64,000 nucleotides of DNA, taken from contig JBFOMH010000004.1 in assembly GCA_040830765.1 (NCBI GenBank), forward strand, positions 128,001 to 192,000, read 5' to 3'. A program made the translations under genes and the position numbers. Below, one piece after another: positions 30,312 through 41,647 of the stretch. The notes beneath the pieces were generated by a model. That model was not told the origin of the DNA, did no database searches, and was given only the letters and a program-made list of their open reading frames with translations. The first letter of the stretch is position 1. The number at the start of each line of letters is the position of its first letter. This DNA comes from Puniceicoccaceae bacterium. Lineage in GTDB: Bacteria > Verrucomicrobiota > Verrucomicrobiia > Opitutales > Oceanipulchritudinaceae.

Positions 30312-32219
30312 ATGAATTTTCAGGCCAGTTACGACATCATTGTTTGCGGTGCCGGGCACGCCGGCTGCGAGGCTGCCCTCGCCGCTGCCCGCATGGGTGC
30401 GCGGACCCTGATCTTGACAGGCAATATCGACACCATTGCCCAGATGTCCTGCAATCCCGCCATCGGGGGTTTGGCCAAGGGCCACATGGTCCGGGAAATT
30501 GACGCCCTCGGCGGGGAAATGGCGGTCAACACAGACCTCACCGCCATCCAGTTCCGCCTCCTCAATGCTTCCAAGGGTCCCGCCGTCCAGGCCTGTCGCG
30601 CCCAGTGCGACAAGAAGACCTATCAGTTCCGCCTCAAGCACATCCTTGAGCTGACGCCCAACCTGAGCGTCTTTCAGGCGGTCGTCACCGGTCTGGTCTA
30701 CAAGGCCGGCAAGGTTGTCGGGGTACAGACCCAGCTCGGCATCGACTTCGGGGCGACAGCGGTCGTGGTCACCACCGGGACCTTTCTCCGCGCCCTCATG
30801 CATGTCGGGCGCTCGAAGTCGGAAGGTGGCCGCATGGGCGATTTCAGTGCCAAGACCCTCTCCTCTTCCTTTACCGAGGCCGGAATTGAGCTGTCCCGCC
30901 TCAAGACTGGAACCCCCTGCCGCCTGCTCGGGAGCTCCATCGACTTCTCCCGACTCCAGAAACAGGACGGCGATCCCCTGCCCCCGCTTTTTGCCTTCTA
31001 CGATACCCGTTCGGATGAGCCATTGTTCCACGTGGAACAAAACGAGCGCATTTTCAGCGATCGGTTCACAAGGCAGATGTTCCACGTGGAACAGCCGCAC
31101 CAGATCCGGGCCGGGTGGCTGCCCGGAAGCAACCAGGTGCCCTGCTGGGAAACGGAAACCACCACCGAAACGCACCGGATCATCGATGACAACCTGGACA
31201 AGTCGGCCCTCTACGCTGGAGAAATCCAGGGCACCGGGCCCCGATATTGTCCCTCCATCGAGGACAAGGTGGTCCGGTTTGCGGACCGGCCGCGCCATAA
31301 GTTGTTCCTCGAACCGGAGGGCCGCCATACCGATGAATGGTACATAAACGGTCTCTCAACCAGTCTGCCGTTCGACGTCCAGGTTGAGATGCTGAAAACC
31401 ATTCCCGGACTGGAAAAGGCCCACATGCTGCGTCCGGCCTATGCCGTCGAATATGATTTTGCCCAGCCAACACAGCTTTTTGCCTCCCTCGAATCGAAGA
31501 AAGTAGAAAACCTTTTCTTCGCCGGGCAGATCAATGGGACCTCGGGTTACGAGGAGGCCGCCGCCCAGGGCCTCGTCGCCGGAATCAACGCGGTCCTCAA
31601 GATCCGTGGCGAGAATCCGGTCATCATTGGCCGTGAAATGGCCTACATTGGGGTCTTGATCGACGATCTGGTCACCAAGGGGACTACCGAGCCGTACCGC
31701 ATGTTCACATCCAGGGCGGAACACCGGCTCCTCTTTAACCACGGATCGGCGGAAATCCGCCTTATTGAAGTGGCTCAGCGCTATAATCTTGTCCCGGAGG
31801 ACCGGATTCGACGCATGCGTTCCAAAAGCGAAGCCGTGGGGCGCTGGACAGACAAACTGGAACGGGAAACCCGGAGTGGGGGAACCTGGGCCGACTTTGT
31901 CCGCAGGGGAGGGGACCCGGAGGAATTACCGCAAGAGCTGAAGTCACTTGCACCTGAGACCCGCGAGGAGATACTTTACCGGGTTCGTTACAAAGGTTAT
32001 CTGGACCGGGAAAAGCGAATCATCGCCAAGTTGGCACAAGTGGATCGGATCCAGATTCCCCGCCAGTTCGATTTTGCCAAGGTCTCCGGCCTACGTGCTG
32101 AATCGGCCCAGAAGTTATCCCAAGTCCAGCCGGCCACCCTGGGCCAGGCCTCCCGGATTTCCGGCGTTAATCCGACCGATATTACAATCCTTATGATTGC
32201 ACTCGGGGCTCTTAAGTGA
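30312..32219 (+). CDS. mnmG: tRNA uridine-5-carboxymethylaminomethyl(34) synthesis enzyme MnmG (GidA)
   Basis: [50 protein letters not shown]. Confidence 0.98.
   Translation: MNFQASYDIIVCGAGHAGCEAALAAARMGARTLILTGNIDTIAQMSCNPAIGGLAKGHMVREIDALGGEMAVNTDLTAIQFRLLNASKGPAVQACRAQCDKKTYQFRLKHILELTPNLSVFQAVVTGLVYKAGKVVGVQTQLGIDFGATAVVVTTGTFLRALMHVGRSKSEGGRMGDFSAKTLSSSFTEAGIELSRLKTGTPCRLLGSSIDFSRLQKQDGDPLPPLFAFYDTRSDEPLFHVEQNERIFSDRFTRQMFHVEQPHQIRAGWLPGSNQVPCWETETTTETHRIIDDNLDKSALYAGEIQGTGPRYCPSIEDKVVRFADRPRHKLFLEPEGRHTDEWYINGLSTSLPFDVQVEMLKTIPGLEKAHMLRPAYAVEYDFAQPTQLFASLESKKVENLFFAGQINGTSGYEEAAAQGLVAGINAVLKIRGENPVIIGREMAYIGVLIDDLVTKGTTEPYRMFTSRAEHRLLFNHGSAEIRLIEVAQRYNLVPEDRIRRMRSKSEAVGRWTDKLERETRSGGTWADFVRRGGDPEELPQELKSLAPETREEILYRVRYKGYLDREKRIIAKLAQVDRIQIPRQFDFAKVSGLRAESAQKLSQVQPATLGQASRISGVNPTDITILMIALGALK
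31024..31039. other. parS centromere-like site 1 (ParB-binding), inside the mnmG coding sequence
   Basis: Perfect palindrome TGTTCCACGTGGAACA, which extends to 18 bp at 31023-31040. Matches the consensus TGTTNCACGTGNAACA. Confidence 0.9.
31078..31093. other. parS centromere-like site 2, inside the mnmG coding sequence
   Basis: Second perfect TGTTCCACGTGGAACA, 54 bp after the first. Confidence 0.9.
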
Positions 32220-32279
32220 TTGTTATTCAGGTATTTATCTGATTTTTATCCCCTCGCTACACCCAGTCGTTAGCTTTAT

Positions 32280-32297
32280 TTGTCACCAACTTGTCAC
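32280..32297 (+). promoter_or_regulatory. Putative Pho box (OmpR/PhoB-type direct repeat)
   Basis: TTGTCAC-CAAC-TTGTCAC is an 11-bp-period direct repeat resembling CTGTCAT-N4-CTGTCAY. It lies 70 bp upstream of the phoB-like gene. Confidence 0.65.
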
Positions 32298-32367
32298 GTA
32301 GATTGGCATTGCCTTTACAGGGTTCGCCGTATGTTACGAAAGGTGACAATCAGATCAGCAGAGAATC

Positions 32368-33060
32368 ATGACAGGAAAACGGATATTGGTGGTCGATGAC
32401 GAGCCGGATGTGACCGAGTTGGTGTCCTATCGGTTGAAGCGCGAAGGTTACACGGTGGAGGTAATCAACAACCCCCTGGAAATCATGGGAAGAGCCCGTG
32501 AGTTCGATCCGGATCTGTTCGTCCTCGACATCATGATGCCGGACTTGGATGGCCTCCAGATTTGCCGAATGATCCGGGCTGATTCAAAACTCAGCAGCGT
32601 TCCGATAGTCTTCCTGACGGCCAAGGGTGAAGTCGAGGACCGGATCAAGGGACTTGAGTACGGGGCGGACGACTACATTCCTAAGCCATTTGATACCAAG
32701 GAGTTAGCTCTTAGAATCGGGCTTATCCTGAAGCGTGTGGGAAACCAGGCATCTTCTGAGGAGGCCATTTTGCAGGTCGGCGATATCATTCTGGATGAGG
32801 AGATTCACCAGGTTACCGTATCCGGTTCCGCACTCGACCTCACCGCGACGGAATTCAAGCTTTTGAAGCTCCTCATGCAGCGCAAGGGGAGGGTGCAATC
32901 GCGGGAAAACCTGCTCGTCAACGTGTGGAACTACGACACCGACACGGAGACCCGGACCATTGACACTCACATCCGGCGCCTGCGGGAAAAGCTCGGGGAC
33001 CGGGCAGGGCTGGTGGAAACGGTGCGCGGGGTGGGGTACCGGATGAACGAGCCCGCCTGA
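32368..33060 (+). CDS. phoB: OmpR/PhoB-family response regulator (PhoB-like)
   Basis: ILVVDDE, LDIMMP, FLTAKG, GADDYIPKPF, and the wHTH motif RTIDTHIRRLREKL...ETVRGVGY. Upstream Pho box and a PhoR-like partner support the call. Confidence 0.75.
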   Translation: MTGKRILVVDDEPDVTELVSYRLKREGYTVEVINNPLEIMGRAREFDPDLFVLDIMMPDLDGLQICRMIRADSKLSSVPIVFLTAKGEVEDRIKGLEYGADDYIPKPFDTKELALRIGLILKRVGNQASSEEAILQVGDIILDEEIHQVTVSGSALDLTATEFKLLKLLMQRKGRVQSRENLLVNVWNYDTDTETRTIDTHIRRLREKLGDRAGLVETVRGVGYRMNEPA

Positions 33061-33076
33061 GAAAGGTGTAGTTACT

Positions 33077-34372
33077 TTGACACTACTTTGTATCACGCTG
33101 CTGCTGATTTGCGGCTACCTGTATATGCGGTTGCGGGCGACAGGTCGCATAACCCGGCAGCTGATAGAAGCTGCGGAACGGACCGAGCCCTTGTTGCTGG
33201 AGGAAAACAATGCCCTCATCCAGGCTTTCCGGCTCGACCAGCTGGTGAAGGCCTTCAATAAGCTGGTGGCCGAAAACGCCCGGTTCTCAGGCTCTGGCCA
33301 GGAGCAATACGACCAAATCCAAACCTTGTTGGGCAATCTCCGGGAAGCGGTGGTAATGGTGGACCGCGACGATGTCATCCTCTCGGCAAACCGGGCCTTC
33401 AACGAACTCACACAAGCCAATGACAGTCCCAAGGGCCAGCGACTGGACACTTACCTGACGGGCCCGGATTTCATTGAGTTTCTCAACCGGCTGCGGTTGG
33501 ACCGGCAACCCCGTCATGATGAGCTGGAGGTTGAAATTAGCCAGGAGCCGTACTGGCTTGAAGCCAGCGCCGCACCGCTAAAAGAAACCCAGGGTGAAGA
33601 TGGAAATTACACCCTCTTCGTCTTCCAGAACATTACCCGGCAGAAGAAGCTGGAAATGATGCGCACGGAGTTTGTGGCCAATGTCTCCCATGAATTGAAA
33701 ACGCCGGTCACCGTGATCCGCGGTTTTGCCCAGACGCTGATGGAGGACGATGCGGATCTCAGCGCTGAAGAGCGCCTCCGCTTCCTGCAAAAAATCATTA
33801 GCAATTCCGAGCGGCTCCATTCCCTGCTCCAAGACCTCCTGCTCCTGTCGCGGCTTGAATCGACAGAGATGATTCTGAAACGGGAGGATCTATCCTTAGC
33901 CGAATTCCTGCGCGACCTGGCCGAGAACTGGAAAGCCACCCTGGCAGATCAATGCGAGCTCGTCCTCGATCTGGAAGATGGTCCGGATATTGTCCACGCC
34001 GACCCTCTTCGTCTCAGCCAGGTCATAACCAATCTCATGGAAAATGCCTTGAGGCACGGGGCAGGCTTGAGTCGGCTAACCATCCGGACAAGGATCGGGC
34101 CCCAGACTATTCAGTTGGAAGTGGAGGACGATGGGGCCGGGATCCCGGAGCGGGACCTGCCACATATTTTCCAGCGCTTTTACCGCGTCGACAAGGGCCG
34201 ATCCCGCGAATCGGGTGGGACAGGACTCGGACTTTCCATTGTGAAACACATTGTCGGCCAGCACGGCGGGGATATCACCGCCTGGAGCCGGAAGGGGGAG
34301 GGGACCCGCATCTCGATCACCCTGCCCACAGCCGACCGCGCTCGTTTAGCCGGCCTCAATGTCCGCAAGTAA
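33077..34372 (+). CDS. phoR: PhoR-like PAS sensor histidine kinase
   Basis: TM helix, PAS domain, H-box EFVANVSHELKTP, and IFQRFYRVDKGRSRESGGTGLGLSIVKH. Confidence 0.8.
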   Translation: MTLLCITLLLICGYLYMRLRATGRITRQLIEAAERTEPLLLEENNALIQAFRLDQLVKAFNKLVAENARFSGSGQEQYDQIQTLLGNLREAVVMVDRDDVILSANRAFNELTQANDSPKGQRLDTYLTGPDFIEFLNRLRLDRQPRHDELEVEISQEPYWLEASAAPLKETQGEDGNYTLFVFQNITRQKKLEMMRTEFVANVSHELKTPVTVIRGFAQTLMEDDADLSAEERLRFLQKIISNSERLHSLLQDLLLLSRLESTEMILKREDLSLAEFLRDLAENWKATLADQCELVLDLEDGPDIVHADPLRLSQVITNLMENALRHGAGLSRLTIRTRIGPQTIQLEVEDDGAGIPERDLPHIFQRFYRVDKGRSRESGGTGLGLSIVKHIVGQHGGDITAWSRKGEGTRISITLPTADRARLAGLNVRK

Positions 34373-34969
34373 GGCCGTCAGGCTATAATATTCCGCAAAC
34401 AGATTCTGGAAAAAGGACGGGTTCTCGAACGGCCACGGGGCATCCGCTTGCACCAGCCACAGGGGATGGTCAGCAATCACTTCGCTACACCAATCGAAGT
34501 TGGCCCGGTGGTCGGTCCGGAAATGCAGCACCGCCCCGGGTGTTCCCAGCCGCGCCAGCCGATCCAGCAGGTCGGCCTGAATGATACGGTTCTTGGTGTG
34601 GCGCTTCTTGGGCCACGGATCCGGGAAGAGGATGAAGATCCGCTCCACAGGCACCTCAGCAGGCCAGGCTTGCAGACACTCCTGCACTTCAGCCTTGAGA
34701 AAGTGGAGGTTCTCCAAATGGCGCTTGTCCCGCTTTTCGCAGGCTTTCCGAATCCGCTTGGAGACGATATCGATACCGAGACAATTGGCTTCCGGATGCT
34801 GCTCCGCATAGGCCGTCAGGTAGTGTCCATGCCCACAACCAACCTCAAGGGTGACCGGCTGATTGCCGGGAAAAGCTTCCCTGATTTGTCCATTGAGGCT
34901 GACTATTCGGTCTCCCCGCCTCTTCAGGTAGTCCGCATGCTTGTCTGTTCGTGGAAATGGATCCGTCAT
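34346..34969 (-). CDS. trmB: tRNA (guanine-N7)-methyltransferase
   Basis: LEVGCGHG, FPDPWPKKRH.K.RII, FRTDH. Confidence 0.93.
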   Translation of the reverse strand: MTDPFPRTDKHADYLKRRGDRIVSLNGQIREAFPGNQPVTLEVGCGHGHYLTAYAEQHPEANCLGIDIVSKRIRKACEKRDKRHLENLHFLKAEVQECLQAWPAEVPVERIFILFPDPWPKKRHTKNRIIQADLLDRLARLGTPGAVLHFRTDHRANFDWCSEVIADHPLWLVQADAPWPFENPSFFQNLFAEYYSLTALLADIEAG

Positions 34970-35169
34970 CCACCAAGCCAGATAAGGAAGAGCAGCTGCA
35001 GGACAAGGAAGAATCCGATGAGCGTCCAGCAGAAGAGACTGGGCCCGTTAAAGGCCAGTTTGCGCTCCAGGCGAAAAACCTGCGGGAGGACCGGAGCCTG
35101 GCCTTTTGGCAAAACGTTGTGTTTGCTCAATTTTCCGAGCTCACCGGTGATGTCTTTGACCTTTGGCAT
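34966..35169 (-). CDS. Small hypothetical membrane protein (67 aa)
   Basis: C-terminal TM helix; ATGA overlap with trmB. Confidence 0.55.
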   Translation of the reverse strand: MPKVKDITGELGKLSKHNVLPKGQAPVLPQVFRLERKLAFNGPSLFCWTLIGFFLVLQLLFLIWLGG

Positions 35170-35179
35170 ACAGCATTAC

Positions 35180-35390
35180 GGTTATATTCTTATATAAGTT
35201 AATAAAAGACTTCTTCTTCTTATGCAGTGTGAATATCTCAACATCTTCATAAGCCGCTGTGTGTCAATGTGTTAAAATACCAAAATCCGGGTACAAGCCT
35301 GTTGGGGAAGCGGTGGCAGAAGCAGGAATAACCTTGTTCACACGCTATCCACACACCTGCTGCCACTTCATTCACGCCCTATCCTCAATC
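35180..35390. other. Candidate chromosomal replication origin (oriC)
   Basis: AT-rich tract at 35183-35222; DnaA-box-like TGTGAATAT at 35228-35236; IHF-like TCAA-N4-TTA at 35264-35274; boxes TTGTTCACA (35334), CTATCCACA (35345), TCATTCACG (35368) and CTATCCTCA (35379). It lies near parS, mnmEG and atp. Confidence 0.65.
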
Positions 35391-35476
35391 CAGCGTGAGT
35401 AAAAATTCGACTCAAGGGTTGACGCCATGGCAAAGAGAATCCATCCGTTCTTCTTTTCACAGGTAGGGTTCATCAC

Positions 35477-36343
35477 ATGTTCACTGGGGTTAAGAAGCTG
35501 GTTTACCGAGGAGCTCCGTTAGCAGGTCTGCTTATCGCAACCGAATTGCAAGCGGTTTCCCTCAGCCCGTACAAACTGATCGAAAATACCCTTTTCGGGC
35601 TGCCGATCACCAATTCAATGGTGACGAGTTGGGTCATCTCACTCGCTATCATCCTGGCTGTCCGCCTGATGGTGGGTAAGCCCCAGTTGATTCCCTCGGC
35701 CGGCCAGGCAGTCGTGGAGAACCTCCTTGGGGGAATCCGGGACATCATGGAGCCCATTGTTGGCAAACACTTGATTGCTAAGGTTTTCCCGCTGCTTATC
35801 GGCTTTTTCACCTTCATCCTGATCCATAACTGGAGTGGCCTTTTGCCAGGGGTGGGGGCCTTCGGTTTTAAGGATGAGCACGGCCACATTGTGTACTGGA
35901 TGCGTCCCGGCAATGCGGACCTCAACATGACGGTCGCCCTGGCCATCATTTCCGCCTCCATCGGGTGGGGCTACTTTGTTCTCCGCTATGCCGGTATTAA
36001 ACTGCTTTTCTTCGATCTGTTTGGTAACAAGGCGGATCCGAAGGAAGTGCCGAAAGCGATTTACATCCTTCTCTTTCCCGTCTTTTTCGGGGTGGGCCTG
36101 ATCGAGGTCATCTCGATTCTCTTCCGGAATGTCTCCTTGTCCTTCCGTCTTTTCGGCAATGTCTTCGGGGGCGAAAACCTGCTTGCCAGCATGACTGACC
36201 TGGCCGGCTGGTTTGTTCCCATCCCTTTCTATTTTCTGGAAATCCTCATCGGTGGGGTGCAGGCCCTTGTCTTTACCCTCCTGACAGCCGTCTACATCGG
36301 CCTCATCTGTAATCATGGCGACGAGGAGGACCATGCCCATTAA
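35477..36343 (+). CDS. atpB: F0F1 ATP synthase subunit a
   Basis: [23 protein letters not shown] (essential Arg), [13 protein letters not shown]. Confidence 0.97.
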   Translation: MFTGVKKLVYRGAPLAGLLIATELQAVSLSPYKLIENTLFGLPITNSMVTSWVISLAIILAVRLMVGKPQLIPSAGQAVVENLLGGIRDIMEPIVGKHLIAKVFPLLIGFFTFILIHNWSGLLPGVGAFGFKDEHGHIVYWMRPGNADLNMTVALAIISASIGWGYFVLRYAGIKLLFFDLFGNKADPKEVPKAIYILLFPVFFGVGLIEVISILFRNVSLSFRLFGNVFGGENLLASMTDLAGWFVPIPFYFLEILIGGVQALVFTLLTAVYIGLICNHGDEEDHAH

Positions 36344-36359
36344 CTGACCAACCCTTTCA

Positions 36360-36410
36360 CGCCGGGACCGGTGCCAGAGGTAACCAATCCTCACTGAGTG
36401 CCGGACGGCG
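36360..36410 (+). promoter_or_regulatory. Imperfect stem-loop between atpB and atpE
   Basis: Nested pairing of CGCCG/CGGCG, CCGGTGC/GTGCCGG (with G-U pairs) and GAGG/CCTC. Confidence 0.5.
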
Positions 36411-36449
36411 GGAACCTGATTAAAACAAAAAATCCAACCACTAAGAAAA

Positions 36450-36665
36450 ATGATCGATATAATCGCCGCAGTTGATTCTAACCTCGCCGACGGCATCCAA
36501 GCCGCATTTGGCTGTGCTGCCGCCGCTATTGGCGTAGGTCTCGTAGGGGCCAAGGCTGTTGAGGCCGTGGGCCGCAACCCGGGCGCTTCCGGCAAGATCC
36601 TTGTCCAGTCCATCATCGGTATGGCTCTGGCTGAGGCTGTCGCCTTCTACGCCCTGTTTCTCTAA
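36450..36665 (+). CDS. atpE: F0F1 ATP synthase subunit c (H+-type signature)
   Basis: GRNP loop. The ion-binding Glu is in ALAEAVAFY, and the Na+-type ES/T and Gln residues are absent. Confidence 0.96.
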   Translation: MIDIIAAVDSNLADGIQAAFGCAAAAIGVGLVGAKAVEAVGRNPGASGKILVQSIIGMALAEAVAFYALFL

Positions 36666-36672
36666 GGCTTTG

Positions 36673-36707
36673 AGGCACATCCGGATTCTTCCGGGTGTGC
36701 CTTTTTT
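36673..36707 (+). terminator. Intra-operon intrinsic terminator-like hairpin after atpE
   Basis: AGGCACATCCGGA-TTCT-TCCGGGTGTGCCT followed by a T-tract. Confidence 0.75.
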
Positions 36708-36740
36708 ACCCATCCATAACGCCACAGAACCCTTTTAACC

Positions 36741-37313
36741 ATGTTGGATTCCTTCATATTGCTCGCAGCCGCAACGGCCGAAACGGCCGCTGAACCCGGC
36801 TTTTTCGACAAGATTGGTCTCGGCGGCTTTGGTCTGGACGGAAAATTGATCCTCGCCCAGATGGTCAACTTCGTCGTTGTCGCTTTCCTGCTCTGGCGCT
36901 TCGCCTTCAAGCCGGTCATGGCCACCCTTGATGAGCGCCAGAACAAGATCGCTGAAGGTCTGCAGTTTGCCGAGGAAGCCAAGACCCAGCTGGCGGAAAC
37001 GGAAAAGCGCCAGGCTGAAGTTCTCCGGGAGGCCAACACCAAGGCGCAGGAGATTCTCCACGAGGCCCGCGACAAGGCCCGTGAGCTGGAAGATCGCCTC
37101 AAGGCGGAAACGTCGACCCAGATTGATGAAATGCGCAAGCGCGCCGAGGAATCCAACGAGCTGGAACGTCAGAAGATGCTCACGGAAGTCCGCCAGGAAA
37201 TCGCCCGTCTGGTGGTGATGACCTCCGGCAAGGTCCTCCAGCGTGAACTCGGTGACGAAGAGAAGGCCCGGCTCGACAAGGCCGCCGCCGCCGAAATTTC
37301 CCAACTGAACTAA
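36741..37313 (+). CDS. atpF: F0F1 ATP synthase subunit b
   Basis: AQMVNF...FKPVMATLDERQNKI followed by a coiled coil; position in the operon. Confidence 0.95.
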   Translation: MLDSFILLAAATAETAAEPGFFDKIGLGGFGLDGKLILAQMVNFVVVAFLLWRFAFKPVMATLDERQNKIAEGLQFAEEAKTQLAETEKRQAEVLREANTKAQEILHEARDKARELEDRLKAETSTQIDEMRKRAEESNELERQKMLTEVRQEIARLVVMTSGKVLQRELGDEEKARLDKAAAAEISQLN

Positions 37314-37316
37314 TTC

Positions 37317-37712
37317 ATGGCAGCCACCCAGGACACCAAGTTGGCCAAGCGCCTTGCCCGCCTCGTTGTTGAAGCGGGTGAACCCGGTGTGGCCGAACTG
37401 AAACCGGCCCTCGAGAAGCTGCTCGCCGGTCGTTCCGCGGCCGACCGTAAGGCCTTCCTGAAAGCCTTTCTCAAGGCAGCCACCCGCGAGGTGCAGAAAG
37501 ATACCCTGGTCATCGAGTCTGCCCAGGCCCTTACCAACGAGGTTGTCGCATCCCTTGTCGCCGATTTTTCCAAGGGCCGCGCAAGGCCCCTGCAGGTGGT
37601 TCAAAAATCCAACCCGGCCCTTATCGCCGGCGTTCGCGTCCAGCTGGGTGACACCGTCTACGATGCGTCGGTGGCCAGCAACCTGCAATCCCTCGCCGCC
37701 CGTATCCGTTAA
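37317..37712 (+). CDS. atpH: F0F1 ATP synthase subunit delta (short form, 131 aa)
   Basis: C-terminal NPALIAGVRVQLGDTVYDASV...L; position in the operon. Confidence 0.88.
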   Translation: MAATQDTKLAKRLARLVVEAGEPGVAELKPALEKLLAGRSAADRKAFLKAFLKAATREVQKDTLVIESAQALTNEVVASLVADFSKGRARPLQVVQKSNPALIAGVRVQLGDTVYDASVASNLQSLAARIR

Positions 37713-37736
37713 CTTTACCATTATCAAGCAAACGAA

Positions 37737-39275
37737 ATGAGCTCCATTCTCGAACAAATTGAAAAAGAGATCGCCTCGCTGACACCGGATGTCGGCAAGA
37801 CCAACACGGGTGTCATCACCAATGTAGCCGACGGCGTGGCCAAGGTTGAAGGCCTGTCCCAGGTCATGTTCAACGAAATGGTTGAATTCCCGCATGGCAT
37901 TACCGGTATCGCCCTCAATCTGGAGGAAGATGAAGTCGGTGTTGTCTGCCTCGGGGACGCCAACCTTCTCAAGGAAGGCGACGAAGCCAAGACCACCGGA
38001 CGCCTTCTCTCTGTTCCAGTCGGCAAGGAACTCCTCGGACGCGTTGTCGACGCCATCGGCAATCCGGTCGACGGCAAGGGCCCGCTCGATTCCAAGGAGA
38101 GCTATCCCATTGAAAAGATTGCCCCGGGCATCATTCCCCGCAAGTCGGTCGACCAGCCGCTGCAGACAGGTATCATGGCCATCGACTCCATGATTCCGAT
38201 TGGCCGTGGCCAGCGCGAATTGATCATTGGTGACCGCCAGACCGGCAAGACGACCATTGCCATCGACACCATCATCAACCAGGCGAAAATCAACCGCCAG
38301 GGTCTGGCTTCCGGTGATGAGTCCTTCCGTCCGGTCTATTCCATTTACGTTGCCGTTGGGCAGAAGAACTCGACCATCGCCCGCACCATCAAGGCCCTTG
38401 AGTCAGCCGGTGCGCTGGAGTACACCATTATCGTCATCGCCCCCGCAGCTGAGAATGCGGCCAACCTTTACCTGGCCCCGTTTGCCGGTTGCGCCATGGG
38501 TGAGTGGTTCATGCAAAACGGCATGGACGCGCTTATTGTCTATGATGACCTGACCAAGCAAGCGGCTGCCTATCGCCAGATTTCCCTGGTCCTGAAGCGC
38601 CCTGCCGGTCGTGAAGCGTATCCGGGTGACGTCTTCTACCTCCACAGTCGCCTGCTGGAGCGTTCGGCCCGCCTCAATGCGGATAACGGCAATGGTTCCC
38701 TGACGGCCCTGCCGATAATCGAGACCCAGGCCGGTGACGTTTCCGCCTACATCCCGACGAATGTCATTTCCATTACCGACGGACAGATCTTCCTCGAAAC
38801 CGACCTCTTCAACCAGGGCATTCGCCCGGCGGTCAGTGTCGGTCTTTCGGTTAGCCGGGTCGGGTCCGCTGCCCAGATCAAGGCGACCAAACAGGTGGCC
38901 GGCAAGGTCAAGCTGGAGCTGGCCGCCTATCGTGAGCTGGCGGCCTTTGCCCAGTTCGGTTCGGACCTCGATGCCCGTACCCGGCGCCAGCTGGACCGCG
39001 GTGCCCGTACGGTTGAGCTCTTCAAGCAGCCGGCCTACTCACCGAAACCGGTTGAAGTCCAGGTGGCTCTCCTCTGGTCGATGCAGAACAACTACTTCGA
39101 CGATGTCGAAGTGGGTGACATCGTCAGCGCCGCAGCCTCCCTGCAGGACTTCCTCGAAACCGGCAAGCAGGAGGTGCTTTCCGCCATCCTTGAGAAGAAG
39201 AAGCTCGATGATGACACCGAAGCAGCCCTCAAGGACGCCGTTGAAGCCTGGAAGTCGACCTACGCCTCCGCCTGA
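37737..39275 (+). CDS. atpA: F0F1 ATP synthase subunit alpha
   Basis: [27 protein letters not shown]. Confidence 0.99.
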   Translation: MSSILEQIEKEIASLTPDVGKTNTGVITNVADGVAKVEGLSQVMFNEMVEFPHGITGIALNLEEDEVGVVCLGDANLLKEGDEAKTTGRLLSVPVGKELLGRVVDAIGNPVDGKGPLDSKESYPIEKIAPGIIPRKSVDQPLQTGIMAIDSMIPIGRGQRELIIGDRQTGKTTIAIDTIINQAKINRQGLASGDESFRPVYSIYVAVGQKNSTIARTIKALESAGALEYTIIVIAPAAENAANLYLAPFAGCAMGEWFMQNGMDALIVYDDLTKQAAAYRQISLVLKRPAGREAYPGDVFYLHSRLLERSARLNADNGNGSLTALPIIETQAGDVSAYIPTNVISITDGQIFLETDLFNQGIRPAVSVGLSVSRVGSAAQIKATKQVAGKVKLELAAYRELAAFAQFGSDLDARTRRQLDRGARTVELFKQPAYSPKPVEVQVALLWSMQNNYFDDVEVGDIVSAAASLQDFLETGKQEVLSAILEKKKLDDDTEAALKDAVEAWKSTYASA

Positions 39276-39308
39276 ATTTTGCCAAGCCCAACCCCGTTGA
39301 ATTAAACA

Positions 39309-40181
39309 ATGCCAAACACGCGCGACATCAGGAACCGAATCCGCGGGGTCACGAATACCCAGAAGATTACCCGCGCGATGCAGCTTGTAGCCGCTTCCAA
39401 GATGAAGAAGGCACAGGATCGCGCACTCGAGGGGCGTCCCTTTGCCCGCGAACTGGCCGCTATGCTGACGCTCCTAACCGACAAGGTGGAGGACTTCAGC
39501 CACCCCTTCCTGGAAGAGCGCACGGTCAAGCGCCGGGGCATTTTGCTTATTACTACGGACCGGGGTCTTTGTGGCTCCCTCAACGCCAACTTGTTCCGGG
39601 AGGTTTCCCAGATCAAGCCTGACGAAGCGGCTTTTGTTACCATCGGGCGAAAGGGCCGTCAGTTCATCAGCCGGACCGGGCGCAAGTTGCTGGCCGACTT
39701 TCCCATATCCGAGGAAGCCGCCTTCAAGGAGCTTCGGCCCGTGGTGGAGTTTTTGATCGAGCAGTACAAGGAAGGGGAAATCGATACCATCGAGATTCTC
39801 TATCCCCGCTTCAAGAACACCCTCATCCAGGAGCCCCGGCAGGTTCCTTTGGTCCCGCTTACGGACATGGCGGAGTATGCCCTGAAAATGGCCAAACAGG
39901 AGGGTATCGAGGTAATCCAGGACGCTCGCGAATTCGTCTATGAGCCCTCCGCTGAGATCATCCTGACTTACCTCATGGATCGCTTCGTCAAGCGGGAGAT
40001 CTACCAGATGCTGATCGATGCCCGGGCCTCCGAACACAGTGCCCGGATGGTCGCCATGAAGGCCGCTACCGACAACGCCAAGAAGCTGACCGATTCACTG
40101 ACATTGCAATACAACAAGGCCCGGCAGGCCGGCATTACCCAGGAAATCCTTGAGATTACCGCTGCCACCGCCAATGCCTGA
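39309..40181 (+). CDS. atpG: F0F1 ATP synthase subunit gamma
   Basis: KITRAMQLVAASK, DRGLCG, NKARQAGITQEILE. Confidence 0.98.
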   Translation: MPNTRDIRNRIRGVTNTQKITRAMQLVAASKMKKAQDRALEGRPFARELAAMLTLLTDKVEDFSHPFLEERTVKRRGILLITTDRGLCGSLNANLFREVSQIKPDEAAFVTIGRKGRQFISRTGRKLLADFPISEEAAFKELRPVVEFLIEQYKEGEIDTIEILYPRFKNTLIQEPRQVPLVPLTDMAEYALKMAKQEGIEVIQDAREFVYEPSAEIILTYLMDRFVKREIYQMLIDARASEHSARMVAMKAATDNAKKLTDSLTLQYNKARQAGITQEILEITAATANA

Positions 40182-40196
40182 ACTCAATTTAGCTAA

Positions 40197-41642
<1,446 letters not shown>

Positions 41643-41647
41643 TAGCC

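Noticed and set aside
34346..34372. 27-bp convergent overlaps (phoR/trmB here; also NUDIX/DUF3108 at 6329-6355)
   Set aside because: Short tail-to-tail overlaps are common in compact genomes, and nothing else suggests a function.
37317..37712. Short atpH as a pseudogene
   Set aside because: The ORF is intact with tight spacing and a conserved C-terminal motif, with no frameshift remnant; it is more likely a natural short delta subunit.
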